Shown here piece after piece: positions 25,421 through 37,076 of a stretch of DNA of 64,000 nucleotides. Source of the DNA: Octopus bimaculoides (Eukaryota). The stretch lies in NCBI RefSeq assembly GCF_001194135.2, contig NC_068998.1:38322732-38386731 (forward strand), read 5' to 3'. The notes beneath the pieces are model-generated. The model made no database searches, had not been told where the DNA came from, and was given only the letters and a program-made list of their open reading frames with translations. Within the stretch, counting starts at the first letter, position 1. Each line of letters begins with the position of its first letter. A program made the position numbers and the translations under genes.

Positions 25421-26597
25421 ACATTGCATAAGCCTCATTTAACAGATGTTTAATACATGAGCTGGTATTTTAAACTGAATGGGAAGAAAGTGAGATGAGA
25501 CAGCTATAGGAAGACGAGAGCTGGCTGTAGTGAAAAGGTGCAGGGGTGGAGAAAAGACGACTGAGACTGGAGAGACAGGGGAAGGTGAAAGCTATCTGGG
25601 AAGCAACAATCAAGAATGTACCCAGTAAGCCAATGAGAACGAACTGAGGGACAACTCACGCACTAATTATGAAGTTTCAGATACTTCAGAACTCAATAGC
25701 ACTTAAGACTAAAAGAGAAATTGGGAAAATATTGAGGATTTCTATTTTAACAAGCAAGCCTTAACAATGGAGATTTTGTAACATTACTAACATTAGGTAG
25801 ATTTTTTTTTAATCTATATAAAAATAAAACCAATACTTTCAAGAATTTGATATCACACAGAAGCTTTATAGATTGATAGAATGAGAATAACCTCAGACAT
25901 TGCAGACCAACCAAGGAGCAGGGATTTCTCAATTGGTATTTTAAGTGAATTCCTGCAGTAGATTAATTTATACTAAAAGCAACCAGACTAACAGATGGAG
26001 AGGGGGGGGGGGACTAAAAATCATGTGTAACAACAAAATACGGATGGAACTGCCTACAAACGTTAATGAGTTTGAATACACCCACCTCTCCATCTGATAT
26101 TACAATATGTATGGAAGATGTGAGTGATACAAATTTATATAGCAGCAAGATAAGAGTATTCAGTCAATACATTGGGTGTGTTTGGAAACAGTAAAAGCAA
26201 TCAATGTGATCAAAACAGCACAGGTAATACTGGACTGCTTTACACTTTTCAATTCAACTCAAACCAGATAAGTCTTCCATCCCAATAATATCAGCACAAG
26301 ACACACACACACACACACACAGGCATATACCATGTATGAATGCCAATCAATAGACTACCTCTGCTATTTCTTACAAAAAAGATTATTGTGCCTAATGAAA
26401 TAATCAGGGTAATGGAATGATTAGTAACTTTTGCTTAAAAGCTTAACTCCTAAACATATTCACAGTGGATCAATCAAAGAACTGCATTGGATATAAGGTT
26501 TAGCCACTCAAAATAGAAAAGAAATCTCTAAAGTTAGTTTATAGAAACATTTTCCTTTAATAAATTCCAATCATTTACAAGGATGATGATGAATTCT

Positions 26598-26700
26598 TTA
26601 ACCCTTTAGCATTCAAATGCAATGCTTATTTATTCACATTATTTGAAATTAATCATGCACTGAATTGTAACCGAGATTTCAATGATATGACCGGTGGTTT
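26598..26700. mobile_element. MITE, partial
   Basis: ttaaccctttagcattcaaatgcaatgcttatttattcacattatttgaaattaatcatgca. Confidence 0.7.
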
Positions 26701-27393
26701 TACATGTACAAGAAAGCATCACAAAACTGACCCATAAGATTATTCAATTTACTCCTTAATAATATATGCTTTGACTTCTTAAATTATCAGCCTTAAACAC
26801 ATAGGACTATTAAACATTACTAGTAACATAACATGAATTTACAAGCCAAGGACCCAAAACACAATGCTTGAAGCAATTCAAAGCCATATATTCATACAGA
26901 CACTATTTCTCAAGCGATGCGATCATATTGTAGATAACTTGATTTAGTGTCATCATGCTTGATCTTGGGCAGCAGACTTTTTAACAATCAAAAGAACTAA
27001 GTAGTAATAAAAATGACTGAGGATAATTTGCTGGATTAATGACTGTATATGCAAAGTTCATATTCTACTAGTCACTAAAATTGGCTGCTGGAAAAGCCAA
27101 GAAATTGAGAACTTACTCTAGACACAATTCGTATTTTATGGCTGAATCATTAAGATTGAAAGAAAGAAAAACAATCTAACAATTTCCAGAAACTAATTAA
27201 TTTGTGTGAACATAAACAGGGATGCCAGCATTTATTTATATATATANNNNNNNNNNNNNNNNNNNNNNNNNNNNNNNNNNNNNNNNNNNNNNNNNNNNNN
27301 NNNNNNNNNNNNNNNNNNNNNNNNNNNNNNNNNNNNNNNNNNNNNNNNNNNNNNNNNNNNNNNNNNNNNNNNNNNNNNNNNNNNNNNNNNNNN

Positions 27394-27429
<36 letters not shown>

Positions 27430-28294
27430 GTTTTTTTTGATAATACATATTCAAAAGATAAGATTATACATAGGGTGACTTGTAACTATTTTCATCGAGT
27501 AAGTAATGCAACTGCAGATCTGTTGTTTTCATCACTAATACTGGGGGATACACTGTGTCTTGCTAGCCAAGAGGGTAATGCCAGCTGCCCCTGTATCTGG
27601 CAGGGGAACATTAGCCAACTGTTCAGGTCTGTGTATTGCCATCTGTGGTGCAACTGAATATACACACACCAAGAGAAAAAGAGTGGGTGGGAAAGAGTAT
27701 AACAAAAATGATAGGAGCACCATTTATACTAAGAAAGGTGTATATCTATATATATACATGAATGAGATTTAATTGAAAATATGAAACAAAGGCTTTAGAT
27801 TTTAGAGACACATCAAAATATTTAGAAGGTGAACCCAGAAGTTGATGCTCAAACATACACACCAAGAATTTTAAAGTCAAAGGCTTGCGAATACAATTTG
27901 CACAGAATATGGTTTATCAACATCACCCTCACCATTAGCAAAAGTGTATCACTGCAATTTTCTGTCCACATCTCATTTCACACAAAGGATATTTTAGTTT
28001 GAGAAGGATTTTAATGGAGGGATAGCAGTTCTCACTTTTTCGTTCATAATAGCACCAGCAGACCTTGGGTCAATTATCATCCCCACCCCCATCACTAGCA
28101 AAACTGATTACAAAAGAAATCTCTATGCAAGTGTTCATCTTATTGGAATTAGCAACCAAATCTCTATGAAATGTTTTTCTTTTTCTAAAACAAAAGGAGG
28201 GAGGGTGTAGCGGATAATGTAACTCTAGATGCAATGTCTGGATCACATGCACACAGATATATACACATATATATATCAATAAACACACATATCG

Positions 28295-28480
28295 GTCATC
28301 ATTCTGATTATTGTATGCCCGTTTTCCACACTGGTAAGTCGGAAGATTCAACAGGAACTGACAGCAGAAAGATGACTACTTACTCCAACATCTCTGTTTC
28401 AAGTTCTACAGCTGGATGGCCTCCCTAATACCAATCACTTTACAGTATATTGGGAGCAATTTTTACATGGCACCAACACT
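28295..28480 (-). mobile_element. Diverged RTE 3' end fragment
   Basis: gttctacagctggatggcctccctaataccaatcactttacag...ttttacatggcacc. Confidence 0.6.
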
Positions 28481-30464
28481 ATAGAAGTTGTCTAGCTCCT
28501 AGTAACCCTAAAGAGTCTTCTAAACCCTGCAGATATGCTTCCATATAAATCTGTGGTTCCCTTTTGTTAACCTCAATTTCTCTGAAGTTCCATAGCCTTT
28601 CTGCATTGATTCTATTTCATAACATTTGTTTTATTTACTTCATTCTACACTTTCCACACACAGACACATTCATCACAGGCACTTACCACCAAGTTATTTG
28701 GAAATCAATTCATCCATTCTAATTCTCACTTCATCTACTAACACATCATTCATTCTTTGCATTCTTTTCCCAGTTTTTTGCAAAACTTTCCGACTTCACT
28801 GACCACATTGTTGAAAAACTAGGCTAAAAATAACACTCATACTAAACAATTGCTGTCAACAAAGTTTTTTTTTCATCACCTCCTCTGTTACCATTCAATC
28901 TCTACACAACAGATTGTTACATCATTATCATAACCATACCCATCGACAGACATCAGATTTATATCTGCTTTTATGCTTAGATAGTCTGTCCTATTAAAGT
29001 ATCTAAACAGCAAACAAATGAGATAAATCCTCGCTTGTATAGGATGCCAATCTACAAAAAGTCTAAATTTCTTTGTTTTCTTTATTACTTAGTCAGGGAG
29101 AGAAAGTGACCATAACCCTCTATTTTTGAAAGTCTCAGAGACTGGAGAGAGAAAGTTATATACAAACTGGAGATCTAGCCTAAATGCTTACAACTGAATA
29201 AACTCAGTCAAAGCACCATAAGGGGCAGGTGATACTGTTAAACTACGAAACATATTAAGTCTAGCAGCCAAAAATTCAGAATGCAAAAAGCTAGAAAAAG
29301 TACTACAAAGCATTTCACCCTAACAAGTCCATCAATTTATTGTCCTGGATTTATATGTTATACTTTTTGGTTCCAGAAAAAATCTAAGACACAAATGACC
29401 TCAGCAGTATCTGAATTTAGAGTAAAGTTAACTGGAACAAACACCAGAGGTATTTTGCCTAATACTTTTATAACTCTGCTGACTTGTTGCCCTCCTAAGG
29501 GATTTGGTGATTAATACATGCTAAAGCTGGAAATAGAAATCAGCAAATAAGGATTCCTAGGATTCAGAAAAAATAACTTTTTTTAAACAAACAGAATAGA
29601 CGTTTCTATCTCAGACAATTGGTGGCTCTTTTATAAACGTCAATGATAAGACTTGTTTTGACAAATTCCCATTACTCGTTTACAGAATTAAAAGAATTAC
29701 AATAATAAACTGTCTGTTAGAAATAATCAGAAGATGAATGTCTCATAAATGGGTAGGAAGCAACTATGGCCATAAGCTTAGTGTACACAATATACATTTC
29801 AAATGTTATCAACATCACTGTTGAGTCCACTCTTTCGCACGCAAATACCCAACTTTCCAAACAATCACATCCATCAGAGATTTACACAGGAATTGGAAGT
29901 AAAAACATCGAAGTACCATCCTTTAAACTTGGCAAACAAGTCATCATTCTAAAGACATAATTTTACCAATAAATATTTAATACACGTAAGAAAAAAATTG
30001 TTGAAAGCTTGAAAGTTGCTAAAGTACTATGTAGTCATTAGTTCAAACATTATTACTAGTATGTTTTACTACCCACTCACCCCACATATCTCTGCCTGCT
30101 TTCTTTTTTTTTTTTTATTATCTAGTTGACAAATACTTCACAGCTGAACATAATTGTGCTAACAAAAGTATACTACACTATACTACAGCATGGAAAAAAA
30201 AAATACATGTAAAACAAAAATTTAAAAATAGAAAAGGAAGAATAAACATGCTATATTTTCAGCTCCACTATAATCAGTTATCCATCAATGGACAGGTGAT
30301 AAAGACTCCCACATAGTAGTTAAGTAGCTAACAATCAAAACCAGATACTAAGCAACCTCTACAACACTATTCACAGACAGGCACACACATACTAACATTT
30401 TACAAACTACTATAATCTTTAAAAATAAGAAAAGAAAGGAGAAAAGCAACAAGTGTATACTTAC

Positions 30465-31356
30465 CGTTCACGGTCAAACTGAGGTCCAAATGGGAACTGA
30501 GCACCTGATACTTGACTATTCCGAGGTCCAAATTGAGTAGCTGCAGGACCAAAATTTTCTGAATTTCTATTATTGTTATTGAAATTCTCCATACCCATTG
30601 TCCTTCGATAGGCATCATTATACTGTTCATTTTGACCAATTCGGTTCTCAGAAAAGTTGTTCATAGACTGTTGGCTCATATTTGAGTATGGTGACATTCC
30701 GTGCTGGGCATTTTGACGATTGAAGCCATAATTACCAGACATGGTAGTCTGTGATTGCATGCCAGAGTAGGGTGGCATCTGCGAATTCATACTCTGCCTG
30801 GGATAACTTGGGCCACTGGCACATGGCTCATCTGCAAATGGGTCCTGAACACTAACACTGTCACTTTCATTTTGAGGTGCCTGGTTCATGTTGGAAGATA
30901 AATTGTTGTTAGAAGGTCCCATGTTGTTACCAAGCATGTTGTTATTTGATGTTGCCATGTTATTTGCCATCATATTATTATTTGGACCCATATTGTTTGG
31001 CATCATGTTGTTTGGGGCATACGAATTCCCCATCATATTATTAGAAGGGGGCATGTTCCCTGGCATCATATTGCCATGCATACTGTTTGGTCCAGAAGAC
31101 ATATGGTGAGGAGGGAGCATACTTGAATTTGGACCACCCACAGAATTTTGAGCCAGCATGCTATTGGAAGGGTTCATACTGTTCATCATATTTCCGTGAG
31201 GCATCATAGTTGAGCTCATTGGACCAATGTTAGATTCAGAATTGGGGCCTCCTATATAGGATTGCATGTTTGGAGAAAATGGGTCCATTCCTTGGCTGTT
31301 GCTGTTAGGTGTGCTAGGGGGTCGGAATGCATCTTGAGAAGAGCCTTGGGAGCCAG
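30465..31356 (-). CDS. ARID1: ARID1 exon, 892 nt, phase 1-2, Asn/Met/Ser-rich: AGSQGSSQDAFRPPSTPNS...SVSVQDPFADEP...QFPFGPQFDRER
   Basis: Within ORF 30461..31372. Acceptor ttcttcatttcag|CT and donor AACG|gtaagt. PPSTP and SVSVQDPF resemble ARID1A PPTPASTP and SVGIQDAF (recalled). Confidence 0.94.
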
Positions 31357-31472
31357 CTGAAATGAAGAACAAAACAAAATAAATAAAATGACATTAACAG
31401 AAAGAAGAAAAAAAAAAAAAAGAGAGCTGAAAAGTCATGTTGCATTATTAACGAAGAGAATTTCAAACTCAC

Positions 31473-31692
31473 CTGGTGAGGGTGCTCTTCTCTGTTTGCT
31501 TTCTCGTTTCTGTTGCATTGCTGCTTCCATTTGTGCTAGTATTGGTGCTGGATCTATACCTCCTTTGTCATATTTGCATTCCATTGCAAATAAATACCTA
31601 ACATAATTCTTTTTTAAAGTGAAAGCAGCACTTGCTGAAGAGCCTATGTTCACAACTGCACAGATCTCTTTCCATTTCTTAGCCTTGCTTAC
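31473..31692 (-). CDS. ARID1: ARID1 exon, 220 nt, phase 0-1, ARID domain C-half: VSKAKKWKEICAVVNIGSSASAAFTLKKNYVRYLFAMECKYDKGGIDPAPILAQMEAAMQQKRESKQRRAPSP
   Basis: Within ORF 31435..31728. Acceptor actttctgcag|GTA and donor CCAG|gtgagt. Osa-type KKW.EI...IGSSASAAFTLKK.Y..YLF..EC motif. Confidence 0.98.
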
Positions 31693-32112
31693 CTGCAGAA
31701 AGTACAGAAATTGTTTGCACGTCAACATCTACGCAAATCTTACAAGCAGTAATAAACTCTTTACAGTTAACACTTTAAAACTCATATCTACTAGTAACAT
31801 ACGCAATGGTGCATGCTACACTGTAATCATGTTAGGAATCGTGTCGTCAAAGTTATCTCCTCCATCCATTTTGTAATAATAATTCTAACACTAAAGTCCA
31901 TAAAATTATTACGCTTACCTAAAACATAATGACCCACTCCCTGTCCTTAACCACATACTTCCAAAGTAATTTTTTAATTAAATAATTATAATCTAAAACA
32001 CTGAAAATCATTAAGAATTAAGCCTGTTCACTTTCTGCTAATACCAAATAGCGTGGATCAATTCCATGTAATAACCACACATAAAAAGCTGTTAAGAGAG
32101 AGAGCAACTTAC

Positions 32113-32310
32113 CTCAACCATTCCTCCTCTATCCTTTACACTGTGGTACAGTTTATAGAGATCGAGGGGCTGTTTACTGATTTGAGGCATTGATGTTATA
32201 GGTGTACCTTTCTCTTCTAGAAAATATAATAACCGATCTAGAAAAGTTTTTCTATCTGGTTCATCCCCCATGGTGTATAACTTGTGTAAGTCGGCAGTCT
32301 GTCCAGGTTT
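32113..32310 (-). CDS. ARID1: ARID1 exon, 198 nt, phase 0-0, ARID domain N-half: KPGQTADLHKLYTMGDEPDRKTFLDRLLYFLEEKGTPITSMPQISKQPLDLYKLYHSVKDRGGMVE
   Basis: Acceptor ttttcctctgtag|AAA and donor GAG|gtaagt. Diagnostic ARID motif SKQPLDLYKLY..VK.RGG. Not in the ORF track. Confidence 0.98.
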
Positions 32311-32601
32311 CTACAGAGGAAAACAACCATAAAAGAATAGTTAAAAAAAGATTTTCAAGAAATAAAAAAAATCAACAATTAGCAAACGGATAATTAAAAC
32401 TAACCAGCAAAAGTTGAAATAACTAACAACTAGAAATATTTTAAACTAAAATTAAATATCATAGAAAATTCATAAGTAATATTTATAAACACTTAAAACA
32501 GTAATTAAAACTGCATCTATAAAATAAAGGATATAGATTACAAATTAAAATCTTTATGACCTAACATTTATTGCCTACAAATTGATGTAATCATTGTCTT
32601 A

Positions 32602-33491
32602 TGAGGTGGTATCAAAAAGTTCCTGGACTAGTTATGTTTAATAAAAAATAACTTATTTACCTAAGGTTTTAACATCATCATCTTCCAAATAGTCACCTTG
32701 TGCAGCACTAAACCGGTCCCAGTGTTCCTGCCACTTTTGGAATCCGGCCTGGAAGATGTTTCCCGTAAGCAAGTGATTTGCTCTGGATTTTGACAACATT
32801 GTTAAAACAGTAATTACCGAGCTGCATTTTCATCTTGAGGAAGAGATGCCAGTCCACAGTTACTAAATCTAGCGAATAGGGTGGGTGCGGAAGCCATACC
32901 ATGTTTTTGGTGAGAAACTCACAAGTAAAGAGAGCCTGGTGACAGGGTGCAATGTTGTCATGAAGAATCCAATTCTTCACGCTCTGCAGATCCTGTCACT
33001 TTTGTTAAATGTCCTCCCTCAAGCACTTCAAAATGTCACAGCAGAACTCTCAATCGACGGTCTGACCCTGCGGTACAAATTCTCGATGCACAATACCACA
33101 TTTCCAGGAGTGATACTTGTGGCATATCTTCCAGGGACATTCTTCTGCTTTTGAAGTGCCCGTGCCACTTGAAAAACATTGCGTACAACCCACTGCCTTG
33201 TCGCCGTAAGCTTGCCTAAACATGCTCAATGGTCTGCTCTGTAGCAGACTTCCTAAGTTTAATGCAAAATTTCACATTGGCTTTTTGTTCTAACTTCCTG
33301 TCCATGACAAAATCACAGACTACAGCATACATGTGATCACAAATTTCACATCTTATGAAGTAAACACTGCAATGTCACTCGTCACACTGCCTCATGAAGG
33401 TCACTGCTAGCTCTCATGGTGCATGCAAGTGTGTGCCGCCATCTGTTGGTACGCTACAGAACTAGCCCAGGAACTTTATGATACTACCTCA
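32602..33491 (-). mobile_element. Mariner (DD34D) DNA transposon, internally deleted, 890 bp, with TIRs and TA duplication
   Basis: Left TA|TGAGGTGGTATCAAAAAGTTCCTGGACTAGTT and right AACTAGCCCAGGAACTTTATGATACTACCTCA|TA (3 mismatches). Fragments MFRQAYGDKAVG, GIVHREFVPQGQTV and WILHDNIAPCH...PHPPYSLDLVTVDWHLF, with 34 residues between the last two Asp. Confidence 0.95.
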
Positions 33492-34447
33492 TATTTATGC
33501 ATACACAATCACACAAAACCTTTGTAATGGAGCAATGTGCTTAACATAAGAAAAATTTTTTTGTCAATTAGAATCACTTTCATTCTAGTGTAAAGATTTT
33601 AGTTTGATAGGTTTTAAGTTGAAATTTTTAAGAATGGAAAATTTAGTAAAATTTTCAGTTTTGTACATGAACATACATTAGAATCTTAAAACCAAATTAA
33701 ATTGTAGTGAAAACAGATATAAACTGCTAATCCAAAACTAATCTGGATAAATGTTCCAGATTTTTATAGAACATCTAGAAATTAAAAAGCAGTAGTGTTA
33801 ACATTAGTAACATTAGACATCTAGAAGGAAAGGAACTTCCAGAATATACAGAAAAATAAGAAATCAAGCTACCTAAAATGAGTTCTAAAAGCTGTGGTGT
33901 ACTGGTTTGATTGCAATGATTGTTAACAAAAAACAGTTCAATTGGTTGAAAGAATTAAAAATAAAAAAGCAGAATAAAACTCCTGAAATATTTACAGACA
34001 ATTCATCTTAGCATGTGAACCAACTGATGAAAAGAACAGAAGACAACATGCATCCACACATACATACTAAATGCAAACACACATAGAAGACCAACAGATA
34101 CAGGAATGAAGACATGTCTAAGCAACTTTGGAAACACAACAATATAACAGAAAATAATGCAAGTAAAATGTGTTCACTTCATTACAGACTTTTTACAATA
34201 GATTGTTTTCTGACCATTTTCAGTTATCAAGAATATAGTGCAGAAGACAGTGATCACAGGAAAGATACAAGAAGCTACCCACAGAGCCACTTTTAAGTTG
34301 TCATACCTTAACTACAACGAAACATGTGAATAGAGTATGTTAAATGTTGTGAACAGTTTATTTTTACAGCACAAACTTTTAAAGAATAAAGAAAATGAAA
34401 CAGAAGTCTCATCATAGTTATAATGCTTCTAAATCCATCCACCTTAC

Positions 34448-34450
34448 AGA
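34448..34450 (-). CDS. ARID1: Candidate 3-nt microexon (Ser)
   Basis: tgtatttctgttgtttgtattcag|TCT|gtaagg in a phase-0 intron, with a long U-rich upstream region. Confidence 0.35.
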
Positions 34451-34824
34451 CTGAATACAAACAACAGAAATACAATGACAAACATGCATGGTAATGAACA
34501 AAAACAGAGAAGAAACTGAAAATAAAAAAGGTGTTATATAATGCAGGCAGTGTAGATGGATGGAAGGCTTGACACATCAGATCTAGGCTTAAATTAATAT
34601 GCTAACATTTGTGAGCAATTCAATGATTTATTTTATTTATGACTGGAATCTGAAGCTATGTACCAAAATTAAACTTAATGAAACCAAATTAAGATCAATA
34701 AATATTTATGAATGCATCAACAATGAGTAGACTAAAAATTATCAATATTGTGATCGTAGCTCTGTTTCAATACCATTTTGTAAATAGAAAAATCTGTATT
34801 CTCAACCATATATACATATGTATG

Positions 34825-34875
<51 letters not shown>

Positions 34876-36950
34876 TTGAACACCCATAGTGGAAGCCACT
34901 TATGATCACTTTAGAACAGAACGCATTAGATAACAATTACTAGCTGGTAATATCAAGCCGAGAATATAACAATATCCTAAACACGTTTGAGAACTTCTTA
35001 TTTTGATAACAATAACCATATGATAAAACACACAAACATTACATAGAAATTACTTAATGCTATAATTACAAACTGGATTGGATTAATGTTCATGTAACAT
35101 AATACATCATTTATAAATCAAGGAAACTACTAGAACAACATCATAGTTTTCTTTTTATTACTTTTCCAAGAGTAATAAATATACTTCACTCTCCACTATA
35201 TCTTGACATGGCTAACAGAAGCTATCAATACAGTTTCTTCTAACGATGTACAGTCTGTTAGAGTAATTCTTTGAAACTGATAGAAGTGAGATAAAACAAA
35301 ACTAAATGCTGTATCAGTATACCACAAAGAAAAACGAAAATAACTTCTCGACTTTTTCTTTTTTAATTCATTCACAAGACAGTTACACCTTATAGATCTT
35401 ATTTGTCACTCCAAAAACAAACGAAATTTCAAAGAAAACTAGTATCAAAATTTTGTTTACAATTCTAAAAAAAAAGAGAGATCCCTATTTTTGGATGGAT
35501 ATTCTGTCTATTTATGCACTTACGCTCAGGTAACTAAAATAGATTTTTTAAAGATTTTACAAAATCTCATTAGAAAAGTTATTTGTCAAGATAATACATC
35601 ATATACAATATCTAAATCTAATTGACAAACCAATATATAAAAGCTTATTTTGCATCACACAAACACACACAGTGGAAGAAATAGAGATAGAGAGAGAAAG
35701 AAAGAGAAAGAGAGAATGTTGTTTTGAGATGATGGAAAGTGATCTAAGATGACAGACTTATGTGATGGCAAACATTTTGCATGCAATTATGTCAACAAAA
35801 ACACTATTGAAAATTTCTATTATTATAATTATTATTATTTTTTAAATTCAGTTATGTCAATCATTTATTTCACAGTATTGAAAAATAAATTGGAAAAAGT
35901 GTGATAAGCAGAAAAATTAAGAAATATATCTGTTAATATTTTAAATTTAATTATTTTGTAGTTAATATAAGTTAATAGCAAAAAGTTTAAATTGGAGGAA
36001 AAAAATGCAATGAACATCAATCTTGCAAACACATAACCATAGTGTATGAAAAGTAGTGGCCAATCCTTATTTTCAGAGATGAAGCAGAAATATTAAGTGC
36101 AGAGTTAACTTATTAGTAACTAGCATCCAATACCAACAGACCAGCTTAGAGGTAGATATTAAAATTTGGTATTTCTGCTCAATAACATCAGAAAAGAGAC
36201 CAGATTTCTGTGGTGCAATCTTCTAGTAATGCACCATCATGATAGCATTAAAAAGACTTAAAAGAAACTTATGACTAATTCTGTTGAATCTTGTGTGAAA
36301 TTCTTAATTTGCATGAAAAACATGGAAAGTTAACTTCTTGAAAATATTTTTATAATTAACCATAAAATAAAATTCAAGAAATCCAGTCATATTTTCTATG
36401 AAATATAATTTAAGCAATAATGATGTTGCTTGTTAATGTTGTTAGCCTTCTTCAGGAAAGACGTAACTAAAAAGTTATGATATAAGTTTGATGAAGAAAC
36501 GGTTACATTTACACTTAATTTTGGAGGGAAGACAAACAAATAAGATGAATATAAAGTGTGATAAATGACAATTGCTGTGCTTTGCAAGGATGAAAAAAAA
36601 AATTACTGCACAACTAGAATATATATACTAACTAGTTATTATTATATAACATTATGTGTATGTGCAACAAAATATGTTTTAATAGACCTAAAACCAATAA
36701 GTTATGAAAACTCAAAAGTGGCAGCAGGGATATGTGAATGACAAACAAAATGCCAATAGAAGCAGGAAATGGGAGGGCATAAAAGGTTGTGGCGTGCACC
36801 AAGCTCCAGATAAGATCCAGTAATAAAGCAAAGAGAAAAGGAGGGAAAAAAAAGAGGAAAAAGAAAAATAGTAGATGGGACCAATATAGTGAGTAAAAAC
36901 CAAAAGCATGAACCCCTGGAAACAAGTGACGACAACCCAAACCCACTTAC

Positions 36951-37076
36951 TGGAGTGCCCACCGACCAGCTTGTCGGACTGTTAAGGTTCTCTATCTCCT
37001 CTGGATAGGAGGACACACTTGTTCCACTTGGAGATTGGGATAGATTGGTCGGTGTTGGGGGATGTGAAACACAATC
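36951..37076 (-). CDS. ARID1: ARID1 exon, 126 nt, phase 0-0 (skippable): DCVSHPPTPTNLSQSPSGTSVSSYPEEIENLNSPTSWSVGTP
   Basis: Acceptor gttcattctag|GAT and donor CCA|gtaagt. Resembles the ARID1B segment DSYSSQGISQPPTPGNLP...SISSPGWPKTP (recalled). Confidence 0.88.

Noticed and set aside
25660-25662. tag|TGC|gtgagt 3-nt pattern
   Set aside because: Poor acceptor context.
35524-35533. ttttag|10 nt|gtaagt (similar 1-nt at about 39481, 2-nt at about 29191, 7-nt at about 4140, 13-nt at about 13078)
   Set aside because: Not frame-preserving and unsupported; treated as background, although poison exons cannot be excluded.
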